Positions 13,410 through 26,499 of a DNA stretch of 64,000 nucleotides are shown one piece after another. Source of the stretch: Octopus vulgaris (lineage: Eukaryota); NCBI GenBank assembly GCA_951406725.2, contig OX597815.1:124868001-124932000 (forward strand). The letters are read 5' to 3'. A program made the translations under genes and the position numbers. The notes below the pieces were generated by a model that was given only the letters and a program-made list of their open reading frames with translations, made no database searches and was not told the origin of the DNA. Numbering within the stretch: position 1 is the first letter of the stretch; each line of letters begins with the position of its first letter.

Positions 13410-13580
13410 AGCAGGAGTGGCTGTAAGGTAAATAGCTTGCTTACCAACCACATGGTTCCGGGTTCAGTCCCACTGTGTGGCACCTCGGGCAAGTGTCTTC
13501 TACTATAGTCTCGGGCCGACCAAAGCCTTGTGAGTGGATTTGGTAGATAGGAACATAGAAAGTGAAAGAAACCTGTCATA
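13388..13580 (+). mobile_element. SINE family B, 5' half
   Basis: Head GGAGCAGGAGTGGCTG...GGGTTCAGTCCC, then GCACCTCGGGCAAGTGTCTTCTACTATAG. Confidence 0.85.
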
Positions 13581-14861
13581 CACACACACACACACACACA
13601 TGTATAATGAATTAAATGGCAGAAACTAAGAGAGATGAAAATAAAATAGTATAAAAAAGGGGACGTCATGTAACAATCAAACATTTTCAGTCAGTCTGTT
13701 ACAGAAAGACTACCAGCAGTGCTAATGTTTATTGGTTGTAGACGAAAACTATTTCTTTGCAAGTCCTGCAACCCGCCTATACAAAAAAATATAAAAAACG
13801 CAGACAGTAACATGATGTATCTACGCGATTGTTTTGTTTAAAGGTTAACTGATAACTTATACTTTGGCTTCCAATGTCACTGCTGTAAGAAAGAATATGA
13901 TACGATCTTCCGATATTCTTATCTAAATTAACATTTTTTTTTAATGAAAAATCTCGAAACGGATTTTTTTAGCCAGGTCATCTAGTTACATATACGTAAA
14001 TGCGTGTGTGTATGTGTGTGTGTGTGCCGGATATGTATATGTATGTATGTGTATAGACACACACATACACACACACGCGTGTGTGTGAACGTGCGTTATA
14101 TGCGCATGTATGTCTGTGAGTCAGAAATTACATTCAAGTCTAGAAGCGGACAAGTATAAACAAGTAATGTATGTACACAATGTATTGAATCATGTCTATT
14201 TGTTTTCTTCTGTGATATATAAGATCAAGTTCTTACCCTCTAGAAAGAATTAAAATAATATTATATACTAATTCTTCCCGTATAATTGACTGCACGGCTC
14301 TGTGAGAGACCAAAAGGCCATGGCAACCAAAATGCCTTCACAGCGTCTAACATATAAGGAGAAATAGGAGACCCTACTAACACAATTCGAAATCTACAGA
14401 GGGTTCGGAAGAGTTGAAGATTGCAGAAAAGAAAAGACCCCATATATCTTTAAAATCTTACTTAATACCTCGCTTATTCTAGCCAATTATGTTTTGTGGG
14501 TGAAGGACACATATTTAACTCATATTTTAATTAGATTTACCGAATTGGGTTCTTAAAGTTCCTGACATTGATTCGATTACATCTAAAACATCCCAGAATA
14601 TCGATACTAAACTTTCCATCTAACATTGCCATGATACATCAAAGCGAACAAAATAAACACTCATCTTAATACCATTTCCTGTATATAAACGGGAGATACT
14701 ACAAGCACTTCCCCCCCACACACACACACACACTTACTAAACATAGACACACATAGACGTATACGCATGCGCAAATGAAGACACATACAATAGAAATACG
14801 AAGTACAAAATGGCTGACCGTTAGTAAGGAGAGACACACAAATAAGAAAGAAGAAAGCAAA

Positions 14862-14906
14862 GGACCACTGATGAGGTCACAGGAATGTGACGAAAGAACT
14901 CTGGCC
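14862..14906 (+). ncRNA. Minimal type I hammerhead ribozyme-like motif (Penelope-type), slightly degenerate
   Basis: GGACCA-CTGATGA-G-GTCAC(AGGAAT)GTGAC-GAAA-GAAC-TC-TGGCC; core boxes and 5-bp stem II intact, stem I imperfect, stem III minimal. Confidence 0.6.
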
Positions 14907-15097
14907 GAAATAAGATTAAGATTAATGTAAAAAATAAATAACGCTGAAGCAAAGTAACACCAAATATATAGTGCGTGTGTTTTTATTGGCTAACCTGGCA
15001 AAATGACCATTCCTAAATACAACAATATCTGTTTCAACACACGATTTCACACCAGAAATCTTGCAAAACAAATATATATATATATATATATTCAATA

Positions 15098-15303
15098 TGT
15101 GACCGCGTGTGTATCGTTGGCGATTTTTTTCCTCCGTCTTCCCTTCATTGGATCTTTCCTTTTCTTATGTTTCTGACGAAGAGCTCCGCTCCAAGCGTTT
15201 ATTCATCTTTCTTTCTTTTCCTGAGCGTCCAATAACACTTTACTTGTTCCACGTCCTCGCGTTGTTGTGTTTTCTCTTGGTGTTTTCATGTTTGGATTAA
15301 CTT
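15098..15303 (+). mobile_element. Penelope-like terminal-repeat-derived element with a mutated hammerhead, inserted in (TA)n
   Basis: CTGACGA-A-GAGC(TCC)GCTC followed by CAAGCG in place of GAAACG (15173-15197); (TA)n on both sides; same layout as 47281-47547. Confidence 0.5.
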
Positions 15304-15324
15304 TATATATATATATCTTTCTCT

Positions 15325-15720
15325 CTTTTACTTGTTTCAGTCATTTGACTGCGGCCATGCTGGAGCACCGCCTTTAGTCGAGCAACTCGACCCCGGGACT
15401 TATTCTTTGTAAGCCCAGTACTTATTCTATCGGTTTTTTTGCCGAACCGCTAAGTTACGGGGACGTAAACACACCAGCATCGGTTGTCAAGCAATGCTAG
15501 GGGGACAAACACAGACACACAAACATATACACACACATATATATATATATACATATATACGACAGGCTTCTTTCAGTTTCCATCTACCAAATCCACTCAC
15601 AAGGCTATGGTCGGCCCGAGGCTATAACAGAAGACACTTGCCCAAGATGCCACGCAGTGGGACTGAACCCGGAACCATGTGGTTGGTTAGCAAGCTACTT
15701 ACCACACAGCCACTCCTGCG

Positions 15721-15722
<2 letters not shown>
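15325..15722 (-). mobile_element. SINE family B, full-length, in (TA)n
   Basis: tRNA-like head at 15722, CORE-like segment, internal TA/CA run, tail GCCGCAGTCAAATGACTGAAACAAGTAAAG. Confidence 0.9.
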
Positions 15723-15757
<35 letters not shown>

Positions 15758-15800
15758 TTCTCTATTTATATAATATCGATGTCTCATTCTTTTGTTGTCA

Positions 15801-15854
<54 letters not shown>

Positions 15855-15870
15855 GTGTATGTATTTATGT

Positions 15871-15914
<44 letters not shown>
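15723..15914. repeat. Microsatellite cluster (TA)n, (TAT)n, (TA)n
   Basis: Direct inspection. Confidence 0.9.
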
Positions 15915-15920
<6 letters not shown>

Positions 15921-15949
15921 TTATGTATGCGTGTATACGTATGTATGCC

Positions 15950-18710
15950 TCGAATTTGTTTAGGAGTAGGGTAAGTTTGGTGGATTACTTCCGTCTTCTT
16001 TATGCTGACGGTGAAACGAAAAGATTTACATGCAGCAGATAACCGGTCTATAAGTACCTGAGCTTCCTCTAAGGAGGTCGCCACTAGTGCAGCATCATCT
16101 GCAAAAAGTAAATCACGAATGATACTGGTGCATAATAGTGTTCTGTCTTTGAGACGCTGATGATTGAATAGTTCACTACTTGTTCGAAGCTAGAATTTGA
16201 CACCACTTTATATGTCGCCAAAACAAAATCTCAGCATCGCTGAAAAGAAGAGTGCAAACAAACAGGATCCGTAACACAACCTTGTTTTTGTGACGTTTGT
16301 AACGTCGACGGAAGCCGAAGATTCCCTACGGACACGACAGTAGCATTGATTCCCTCATGAAAGGGAAGATAACATTCATCATATCGTCAAGTGTAACAAG
16401 CTTTTTCAGTATTTTCCATAGTGTTTGCCAGTTAGTAAGGTCAGCGAATATCGAGAACAATTCTTGATTTTTCTCACGTACCTTCTTCATGACCTGTCGA
16501 AGGGAAAAATCATGTCGATAGTGTCACGACCAGAGAAAAATCTGCATTGTGATTCCGGGTAGATATTATTTACAACGTGTTTGATGATACTGTCAAGGAG
16601 TCGAGCAAGTTTCTTACCAGCAACTGACAGAAGCGATATCCCACGATGATTATCACAGACACTTCTGTTTCCTTTGTTCTTATAAAGGTGTTGAATTGAG
16701 CCATCCTTGAAGTCCTGTTGTACACGGCCTACCATCCAAATATTTATGAAGAGGTTATGCAGTTTCTTAAATAGCTTCTGTCTACCATGTAGATTTCAGG
16801 AGGGACGGCATCCCTGCCTAGCACTTTACCAGAAGAGGTATGTTTAATAAAGTTTACCAGTTCCAGAAAGGTTGGCTCCAGAGACAGTTATGGTATTTCA
16901 GCATACTGTGGTATAGACATTATGACGTCATCATTAGTGATTGAGGTGGAGTTCAACACGGCTTCGAAGTGATCTTTCCATCGTTTCAGGATGTCAGATT
17001 TGTCAGTCAACAGTGTCTCTCTATTCGATGAAAAAATAGGAGTAATACCGTACACTTGATGACAATTCACTTTATTGAGGCCATCATAAAAGGCTTTAGA
17101 ATCCTTTCTGTCTGCAGGTTCTTGGAGTTCAGTAGCCGTAAAAGACCGCCAAGTCCCATTCATCTATCTCAGAGCGCGTTGAACCTGGCCTCTGCATTTC
17201 TTGTCGGCATTCTCTTTTCTAGATTAGCTCTTATCATTTATCCATATTTTGTGAGAGCTGTGCATTTTATCTATCAACTGTTGGATATCTGTGTTGTTAT
17301 CCCTGAACCAATCTTTATGTTTACGAACACGGACAAGAAGTTCAAGAACACTACATATGCAGAGTGCGTTGCATCACGCAGAGCCTTCCAAGATGATTCT
17401 ATGCCATCACTGATAACAACAATGTTGAGAACAGTGTCCAACTTAATAGAGAGCTCAGCCTGTATTCAACAGTTTTCAAAGGCAGAGCATTAATGTGCTG
17501 ATGACTTTTCTAGTCTTGTGTGTTTAAGATGGAACGTAGTCTTACTACGGAGAAGAAAATAGTCAGAGAAATAGCAGGTATTTTGAAAGGAACGTGTAAT
17601 GCTAAAGTCCCTAGTATCTCGTTTCTTAGTGATAACATTTTCTATGAGATGCCAATCCTTAGATCTAGGATGCATCCAGGTTATCTTATAACAATTTCGC
17701 TGTTGAAAAAGGGTATTTGTGATGCTTAGACTGAATTCCCTGCAGATGGAGAGCACACTCGGACCGCTGGAGTTCATTCGACCAACATCATGGCAACCAA
17801 GTGCACCCTACCATGCCTGATAGTCAATACCAAAACGAGCTCGTCTTCATTTCTTCCACATCAGAAAATTATGTATCCATTTTTACCTTCTTCTAACTGT
17901 GATGATCCTGCAAGACGAGTTTCATTGAGTGCAGTTATGTCAATGTTGTATTTCTTTTGTTCAAGGACAACCAGTGCTACTTTTAGTTCTGGTGCTGAGT
18001 GGCTGTCTTGGAGAGCGCGTACAATGTTAATATTATTAAATTTCTTCATGTTTCGACTGCATTAATGAATAACCAGACAGTTACAGCGGGCTGCCAAGTC
18101 TAATGTGAGTAAGCAATGTTTGGGACGCCATCGTTTAAATACGTATAAATAGACCTGCTTTGTCACCACTACAGAACACGGACAACGCAGTTACTCACAA
18201 GTTCTGTGCTGGAACAGCCATCAACCAATGGTCGCCGACTGTGTAGAGATCCAGCAAGAGACTTCCTGTAATGTCCTTTACCTGTCCCTGCCGCTTTCAC
18301 TCTCTCGCCAGAGGACTTTTTGATTTTTGCCAGTTTAATCTGTGCTGTATTGAATGAATAAAAGTAAGTTGTCAGAAAACCCACACATGATTTGATTTGA
18401 GTGTTGAAAGCTAGCGTAGTACTAGCCGCACTTTCTCGAAATGATGATAGTAAGAATATGGTGCACATATGTGCCACAATACCAAGAACAACACACCACA
18501 GGCTTTTTCTTCAAAGGTTTCCATCTCCTAGACAAGCCGCTATAAACAAGCTGAAGAACCTAGTCTACCTATGAATCAGAGTTCGCTGATAGTACAGCCG
18601 TGTTAAGGAAACCCTCAGCAACCAAAGACCTGGTTTTATATCAGTTTCCTTCTCCTAGATGGGTTGCCTTGACCACGGTTAAGGAGCCCTATCTTCCCCT
18701 TAATATCTGG
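15950..18710 (-). mobile_element. Decayed RTE-clade LINE (5' UTR, APE endonuclease, RT), 3' end lost
   Basis: YNIDITALNETRL (17861-18049), ITNTLFQ..KITWMHPRSKDWHLI, LYKNKGNRSVCDNHRGISLLSVAGK, PESQC, IIRDLLFADDAALVA (~16080-16125). Confidence 0.92.
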
Positions 18711-19056
18711 AATTAAATACATGAAAAACATATTTTAAAAAAAAACAGTAAATGCATATACACATAGTTGGATGGCCGTTGACTACTCATGAATTCCTCC
18801 ACCCTTTTGACAGGTTCAGTTTTTCGTCCGCAGGGAATCCATCAGCAATCACCCTCCTCACCAAGCAAGCTTGGTGGGGTTGCCAGTTTAGTCACCGACG
18901 ATCCGACTATGTAACAGGTTGTACTGGATTACATGTTACCAGTAGCGAACAAGAGCGACTAATAGCACTCGAGAGTGACCTGACTATTAGATAGACAGAT
19001 ATGTGCGTGTTTCTCTGTATGTATATATGCGTGTGTTTGTGTATGTGTATATGTAC

Positions 19057-19102
<46 letters not shown>

Positions 19103-19944
19103 CCTAGGAATTTGTCCACACACCCACCTCTAGCTGCGTTTTCGCGCGGGCGTATGTATTTGTATGTGGACAGACGAACATGAACTTAACTAACACAATT
19201 TTAGTTCATTTAAGCAATATATTAAATCAGTGAGTGCACAAGGACTAAACTGTAACTTATTTTGATACACAATATATAGTAGTCATTGACATCACGAGTG
19301 GTTGCTATATAAATAGCATTTATATCGACCAAGGATGGACAAAGAAATGAAGAAGTCTCTTTATATATTAACCAATAATAATAATAATAATACTAATAAT
19401 AATGAGTGTGTTAGGGAAAAAGACTAATAAATTGCTGTACTGAATGCTTATATTAAACAGGAATTCTCATTGACATCCCAAGAACATTTAAGAGAGAAAG
19501 AAACAGCCAGACAAATAACTGTTTCAAATTTTGACTCAAGGATTTTGAATTGGTTATCTGTACTTATTTTAAAACCCAGAAAGGGTGAACTGCAAAGTAA
19601 AACTCGGCAAAATTTGAACTGATAAACATTTTGTCCGACGCACTAGTCATTCTGCCAACTGGTCACATTAGAGCTGGAGTGTGAAGTCGTAGCAAGAATA
19701 TAGACAGACAGATATAAATTTTATTGTTAAAGCAATAACGATGATTTCCTTAATAAACTTGATTTTTTTTTTTGTTGATATTTACGTACAACTCTAATCA
19801 CAGACTGAATTATAACAGGAACCCCACCCACAAAAAGAAAGGGTATTAGAAGACAAAACATTCTATGTCCATATGATCATTTTTTTTTACCAGGATGCTG
19901 GATGTGTTTCAAAAGTTTTAAGCCGTTCTAATATTGATTTTAAA

Positions 19945-20147
19945 TGTTGACACAAGGCCAGCAATTTCACAGGGGAATTTCAATTACGTCGACCCTAGCG
20001 CACCACTAGTACTTGTAGTCTCAGCCCGAAAAGGATTGAGAGCAAAGTCGACCTCAGCGGAATTTGAACTCAAAGCGGGAGGATAGACGAAATGTAGCTA
20101 ATCACTTTTATCCAATATGCTAGCGATTCTGTCAGCTCGCCGCCTTA
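19945..20147 (-). mobile_element. SINE family A (a more degenerate copy lies at ~19530-19670)
   Basis: Reverse complement of family A head and core. Confidence 0.8.
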
Positions 20148-20707
20148 AACCGTCCTGCTCTTTGAGACCATATTAATTTTAGCCCCTTTCGTTCTTGCAA
20201 GACACTTCACCAACAAGAAACATTAACGTTCATTCTTTCTCGTTAGTACACAAAGTTTCTTTAAATACTGAGAGTCTCTATTAAGCGTGTGGACAAACTA
20301 CAAAAATAAAATAACATTACACCCCACAAACAAAAAAATAAGGGCACACAGCAAAGATACATGATCATACATGGATAAAGAATGTGATTTTTATTTATTT
20401 ACTCACCTATGTTTAACACGAGCCAACAAAGGAGCTAAAAACCCGTCATACCATTTACTAGAATACCAGCCGAATCGCCCCATCGTTAAAAACAGGATAA
20501 TATTGGATGATGTATGATCATGTAAACTACATCTGAAAATAAGAATGGAAGGTCAGGTTATCAAAGGCGGAATTGGGATAAAGCAACTGCAAGAAGAGGT
20601 GTGCGAAACAGGGACAGATGATCTATAAATATATATATATGTGCGTGTTAGTGTCTGTAAGTATACATATATATGTGGAGGTGAATGCATACAGATTTAA
20701 ACGTGTA

Positions 20708-20716
20708 AATATATAT

Positions 20717-20789
<73 letters not shown>

Positions 20790-20824
20790 CATATACAGAA
20801 TCATTAGCATGTTGTGTGTGTGTG

Positions 20825-20864
<40 letters not shown>

Positions 20865-20865
20865 C
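20708..20865. repeat. (TA)n microsatellites
   Basis: Direct inspection. Confidence 0.9.
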
Positions 20866-20867
20866 AA

Positions 20868-21100
20868 AGGCGGCGAGCTGACAGAAACGTTAGCACGCCG
20901 GGCGAAATGCGTAGCCGTATTTCGTCTGCCGTTACATTCTGAGTTCAAATTCCGCCAAGGTCGACTTTGCCTTTCATCCTTTGGAGGTCGATAAATAAAG
21001 TACCAGTTTCGCACTGGGGTCGATGTAATCGACTTAATCCCTTTGTCTGTCCTTGTTTGTCCCCTCTATGTTTAGCCCCTTGTGAGCAGTAAAGAAAAAA
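20868..21100 (+). mobile_element. SINE family A, tail variant 1
   Basis: Near-identical organisation to 1040-1267. Confidence 0.9.
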
Positions 21101-21378
21101 AAATATATATATATGGAAAGAGAGAGATAGAGAGGGAGGGTGACAGGAACTGTTAGTCAATAAATACAATTCCAATTATGTGTTGAGTTGTACTTCTTTT
21201 GTTTGTTCACACGCAGGAATTATATATACAAACAGATATACGTCTGTTAATGTTATGCTTAGAGATCCACGTAGATTTCCAAAATCCAGTTGCTAAGTAA
21301 CTAATATACTGAGTAGAATTACCACTTATCAGCTACAGAGCAAATGTAGGAAAACCAAGGATAAACATAAATTTATAT

Positions 21379-21572
21379 TAAAGTTCCTACAGGCTTTTCA
21401 CCATTATGGCTGTCTTGGGCTCTGCGATAGAAGCTCCAAATGCATATAGATGCTCAACCCAACCACTATGGATCATCAGGGAACACAATAGGGAATTAAG
21501 TTACCGATGGTTGAACATCTATGTACATTTGGAACGAGACAACCATGATGTGAAACGCGTATTGGAACTTTA
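21379..21572. repeat. Imperfect palindromic (MITE-like) element
   Basis: TAAAGTTCC...TTTCAC..ATGGCTGTCTTG...TCCAAATGCATATAGATGCTCAACC is mirrored by GGTTGAACATCTATGTACATTTGGA..CGAGACAACCAT..GTGAAA...GGAACTTTA. Confidence 0.7.
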
Positions 21573-21632
21573 GTATTTGTATTTATCTTTATTTTTTTCT
21601 TTCTTTACACACAGACACACGCACACACAGAA

Positions 21633-21930
21633 GGCGCGTGGCTTAGTGGTTAGGGCATTCGGCTCACGATCGTAAGGTTGTGAATTCAATTCCTGGCGAC
21701 GCATTGTGTCCTTGAGCAACACACTTTATTTCACGTTGCTCCGGTTCACTGAGCTGCCAAAAGTGAGTAGTACCTGTATTTCAAAGGTGCAGCCTTGTCA
21801 CATTCTGTGTGACGCTGAATCTTCCTGAGAACTATGTTAACGGTACAGCCACTTGAACGCTGATTTCATGAGCAAGCTGTTCTGTTGATCGTATCAGCTG
21901 GGACCCTCGTCGTCGTAACCAACGGAGTAC
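21633..21930 (+). mobile_element. tRNA-derived SINE family C
   Basis: A-box TGGCTTAGTGG, B-box-like GAATTCAATTCC, body GTGTCCTTGAGCAACACACTTTATTTCACGTTGCTCC; second copy at 27371-27612. Confidence 0.8.
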
Positions 21931-22339
21931 TCTTCTTATATATGGTAAAGAATTTCGTTGAAAAGATTTTCCCCACGTATTGAGTTGTAGTGAAAAAATA
22001 TATAACTAAATAAGGAAAATACACACGATTTATGTATTTTTAATATAATTTAAAGCATAAAATATTATGATAGTCAACTGGTTTCACGTTTCGCTAAACA
22101 TGACTTTGAAATTGGCGAAAATAATGCAATTTCGTATTATATGAAATAGTTTTTAGTCCATGTTGCTTGTATGAGTGTCTCTTTGTAAATAAACATGCAT
22201 GTAGAAAAATCTAAAGGGAAGTGATTGGTGATTTATTATTTGAAACAGGTAGGTTGTTGCATTTTTGTGGGGAGTTCACTTTTTGGTGAGGTACAATATT
22301 TGGGAGGGTAAATAATAATGTATATAATATAATATATTC

Positions 22340-22514
22340 TCTTTTATTTGTTTGTCATTTGACTGCGGCCATGTTAGATCACTGCCTTTAGACGAACAAA
22401 TCAACCCAAGGACGTAAGGCTAGTACTTATTCTATCGGTCTTTGCCGAACCACTAGATTACGGGGATGTAAACACACCAGCCTCGGTTGTTAAGCGATGG
22501 TGAGGGAAAAACAC

Positions 22515-22520
<6 letters not shown>
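22340..22520 (-). mobile_element. SINE family B, 3' half (a short tail fragment also at 22937-22992)
   Basis: Matches 15325-15520. Confidence 0.8.
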
Positions 22521-22556
<36 letters not shown>

Positions 22557-23016
22557 TATGACTTATTAAATTTTGAATAGTTCTTGGCGCAGATTTACAA
22601 AGGGCAGGGTATAATTAACTAAATTTACAAAACGGAATTTTGAAAATTCATTTTGATCGATTTAGGCTTCGAACTTATGTACCAAATGTACCAAAGTTAA
22701 ATGTTACAAAAATATTTTGCCCGGCGCTTTAGCAATTCTACCACCCATGTTTCTTAACTGCATATAAATATTGACGTACAGAGGTATCAAACTGTTAAAA
22801 TAGAAATATATCTGTTTGTCTGCTTGTTTATATATGCGTGTGTATCTTCTTATGCAGAAGACTGTGGTGGGCTTAGGGTGGGACTAGTTGGGGGTGGGCT
22901 TGTGTGTGTCTGTGTCTGTTTGATATGTATATATCTTATCTTTCACTGGTTTCAGTTATTAGACAGTGGCCATGCTGGGGCACCGCCTTGAAAATATATT
23001 TATAGAATATATAAGC

Positions 23017-23061
<45 letters not shown>

Positions 23062-23106
23062 GCATATTTGTATGCATATATATATATATATACATGCATA
23101 TATGTA

Positions 23107-23152
<46 letters not shown>

Positions 23153-23263
23153 TACACTCCACATATATATGCATTTGTATGTATGTTCTTGGGAAAAAAG
23201 ACATTGAATATGTAAAAAAAATGGGGCAGAGAATGTTATATCAAATATCTGATGAATTTATGT

Positions 23264-23290
23264 CATTATTATTATTATTATTATTATTAT

Positions 23291-23334
<44 letters not shown>
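23264..23334. repeat. Compound (TTA)n(TAG)n microsatellite
   Basis: Direct inspection. Confidence 0.95.
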
Positions 23335-23905
23335 TTTCGAGCAATATAAACAGGTAGGTCAGACAGAAAATGATAAATGACTTACATAGGGGTGCGGCGA
23401 TAAAGCTGGCATGAAGCCGGTTGCAAAAACGGAAGAAAGAAAAAGGAAAATAGTTCAATAAAGGAAGACCTGGGTGGGGTAAATTAATAGCTAGATCAGC
23501 AAATGTTAGTCGAAAGGTAAATTGAGCAACAATACTCGAACAAGTAAACACGTATTTCTTTAAGATGTTCGTAAATCAAGATGTATGTAGACAATTCTGT
23601 GTTTGTCCAGCCGTTGTGTGACCCAAATGCGTTCATTGACTGCTTCGGCAACAAAGTGACCCTCCCCCTCAATGTATGTCACAAAAGTTTTCTCAAGAAA
23701 ATGGAGAAGCTGTTGTTGCTGAATAAGCTAGATTCTTTATAAAATTACCACCCACGGATCTAAACGATACACTGCCAAATGATCTCCGCTTCTACTTTCA
23801 AATTTTGATTATCATTCGATTATCACGTAGATCTTAATCTTTGTTGTCGCATGCTTTGTGATTGCCTGATTCTTTGTCTTTATAATCTCTTATTGACATA
23901 TAAAC

Positions 23906-24042
23906 TGTGTGAGTGTGTGTGTGTGTGTGTGAGTGTGTGTGTGTATGTGTGTGCGAGTGTGTGTGTGTGCGTACGTGTACATACATACATACATACATAC
24001 ATACATACATACATACATACATACATACATACATACATACAT
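23906..24042. repeat. (TG)n followed by (TACA)n microsatellite
   Basis: Direct inspection. Confidence 0.95.
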
Positions 24043-24564
24043 GGCTGTGCTCTCCTTCTTGGTATCCCTGCATATTTGTGTATTAATGCAGACTTTGTGG
24101 GATGCTTATATATGCACATGTTAGAGAGGGAGCTTTTGTTGTGCAATCAGATGTATGCAATTGTGTTCAAGTTTTCTTTATTTCTTATTCAAATATCTCC
24201 AACATAATGAAAACTGATATCTAACAATCTGACCACTTTTTTGTCAAATGGTTGTCAAATACATACAGTGCTAAGGTAAAAAAATATTGAAATGCTTTAC
24301 AGATTTTTATATATAAACTTCGAAATGCCTTTTACATATATAATTTTTAAATGTGTACGTAAGTGATTAATATACGAAATCTTAAACTTCATTAAAGATG
24401 TATATTTAATAAAGTGTTCAGTTAAATTATTAAAAAAAAAGAGCTCCGCGCTAACGGATGATGATATGCAGATAATATCCAATTAGCATCATGCACGCTC
24501 TCTCTCCTTCTCTACATACTCTCTCTCCTTTCTCTCCCTTTCTCTCGCTTTATATATACTTATA

Positions 24565-24637
<73 letters not shown>

Positions 24638-24667
24638 TGTGTGTGTGTGTGTGTGTGTGTATGTGTG

Positions 24668-25030
24668 TGCAGGCGTGGGTGTGGTGAGAAGCTCTCTTCC
24701 CAACCACATGGATCTGGGTTCAGTTCCACTGCGTGACACCTTGGACAAGTGTCTTCTATAGCCTCGAGCCGACTATAGCCTTGTAAGTGGATTTGGTAGA
24801 TAGAAACTGAAAGAAGCCCGTCGTATGTGTGTCAGTGTTTGTACCCTTACCACCGCTTGACAACTGGTGCTTGAGTGTTTACGTTCCAGTAATTTAGCGA
24901 TTCGGCATCAGAGACCGATAGAATATTTCCCGGTTTAAAAAAATATGTCCTGAGGTCAATACATTTGACTGAAAGTTCTGCAAAGCAGTTCCCCAGCATG
25001 GCAGCAGTCTAATGACGGAAACAAGTAAAA
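24668..25030 (+). mobile_element. SINE family B, full-length, after (TA)n(TG)n
   Basis: Head, CORE-like segment and tail all align with 45345-45720. Confidence 0.88.
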
Positions 25031-26499
25031 GATTATAAATATATAAATATCAGGAAATATTAGAGCTTAGATTTTGATAAACCCAAACTTGAAATGTGTC
25101 ACTTTGTTCAGATGATGGTACATCGGTTCCCTTTTTGGTTTTGTTTTTTTCTTGAGTTTAGACACACAACTTCAAGACCACGAAGTGATTCTTATTTCTG
25201 ATTGAAGCCATTTTTCATGAGCCAATGAATAAGGAATATCACACTTCCCGTTCTTCTTTTCGTTTGAAAATTATAGGATTTGCATCTAACGAAATCAAAC
25301 TTTACTTTTAATAAAGTTAACGAATGATTTAGTAAAAGTGATAGTGAAACATTACGAGTTAAGAAAGTAATTCAAACTTTTTATTTACGATTGGTTAACG
25401 AAAACAGGAATACTTTCGAGTATCGGTGGGACGCTATGGTCTGAATTTCTTAGAGATTCTGCAGTGTTAGCTTTAAGCCCCAGTTAAAATCATTCTTCCT
25501 TGAAGAAGATGTGAATGTTACAGTGCTTTGTTTCCCTTGATATTTAATACTTAATCAATTATGTATGCAAACACATGGACGAAACACTCGAACAACACAG
25601 ATACACAGACAAGTGTACAAATACGCGCAAACACACACGAACACGCGCGCTCACATAACATACACACAAGCACATAAAGCTCGTATAGATAAACAACACG
25701 ATGATTAAATGTAAACAAATTTATAGAAAGCTATATACACACTCACGTTGCAAAATAGAGAAGACGCGTACATATGCACTTACGTTTACTCTTCTTCCAT
25801 CCCCAATCATGCTGCTCTGTGTTTCCATATTATCTTTTCTACATTCTTCCTATCATAATTAAAAAACTAATTATTGTCGTTTGCTTATTCATGATTACAG
25901 AACTCATTATTTTCTACAATATACTCGCTAAATTTCAAAATATTTCGTATCACTAAATTTTTCTGGGGACTCTTCGCTCTTTGTCAGCACATTGAAAAAT
26001 ATTGGAGGGAAGTTTTTATATTCTTATAATTTCCTCTCACATCTATGTTTTCTAATGCTTATCTGTGTGCATGTATTCATATTTGTATACAATTATGAAT
26101 GTTCCACAAAAAAAGCGATTCTTAAAGATCAACTAAACAATCGCAGTAAACGAATAACTTAGAGCAATATAATACAATGAATGCAAATAATTGTTGAGTA
26201 ACATAAAGATGTATTTTATACAAAATTACATGCTGAGCAAATGAGACCGCGTTGAGAAAGTTCGGTTTATGACATGGTCATTAATTAGACATGTTGCACT
26301 AGATATCATCATAGAAAATGCTTTCTAATGCTTGTCTGTGTGCATGTATTTATATTTGTATACAATTATGGTGTTACATTGAAATTCACATTTGGAAACC
26401 AAACCTTCTTATATCTTTCATCATGACACTGACAGTTCCTGAATGATACACACACACACAAACATATATCCGTAGGTTGAGAAGATTTTAGAAATTTAG

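Noticed and set aside
13103-13684. Long ORFs over SINE B and microsatellites (also 15494-16042, 22966-23349, 39688-40004, 58767-59186)
   Set aside because: Open frames arise from (TA)n, (CA)n, (CATA)n and SINE sequence; not genes
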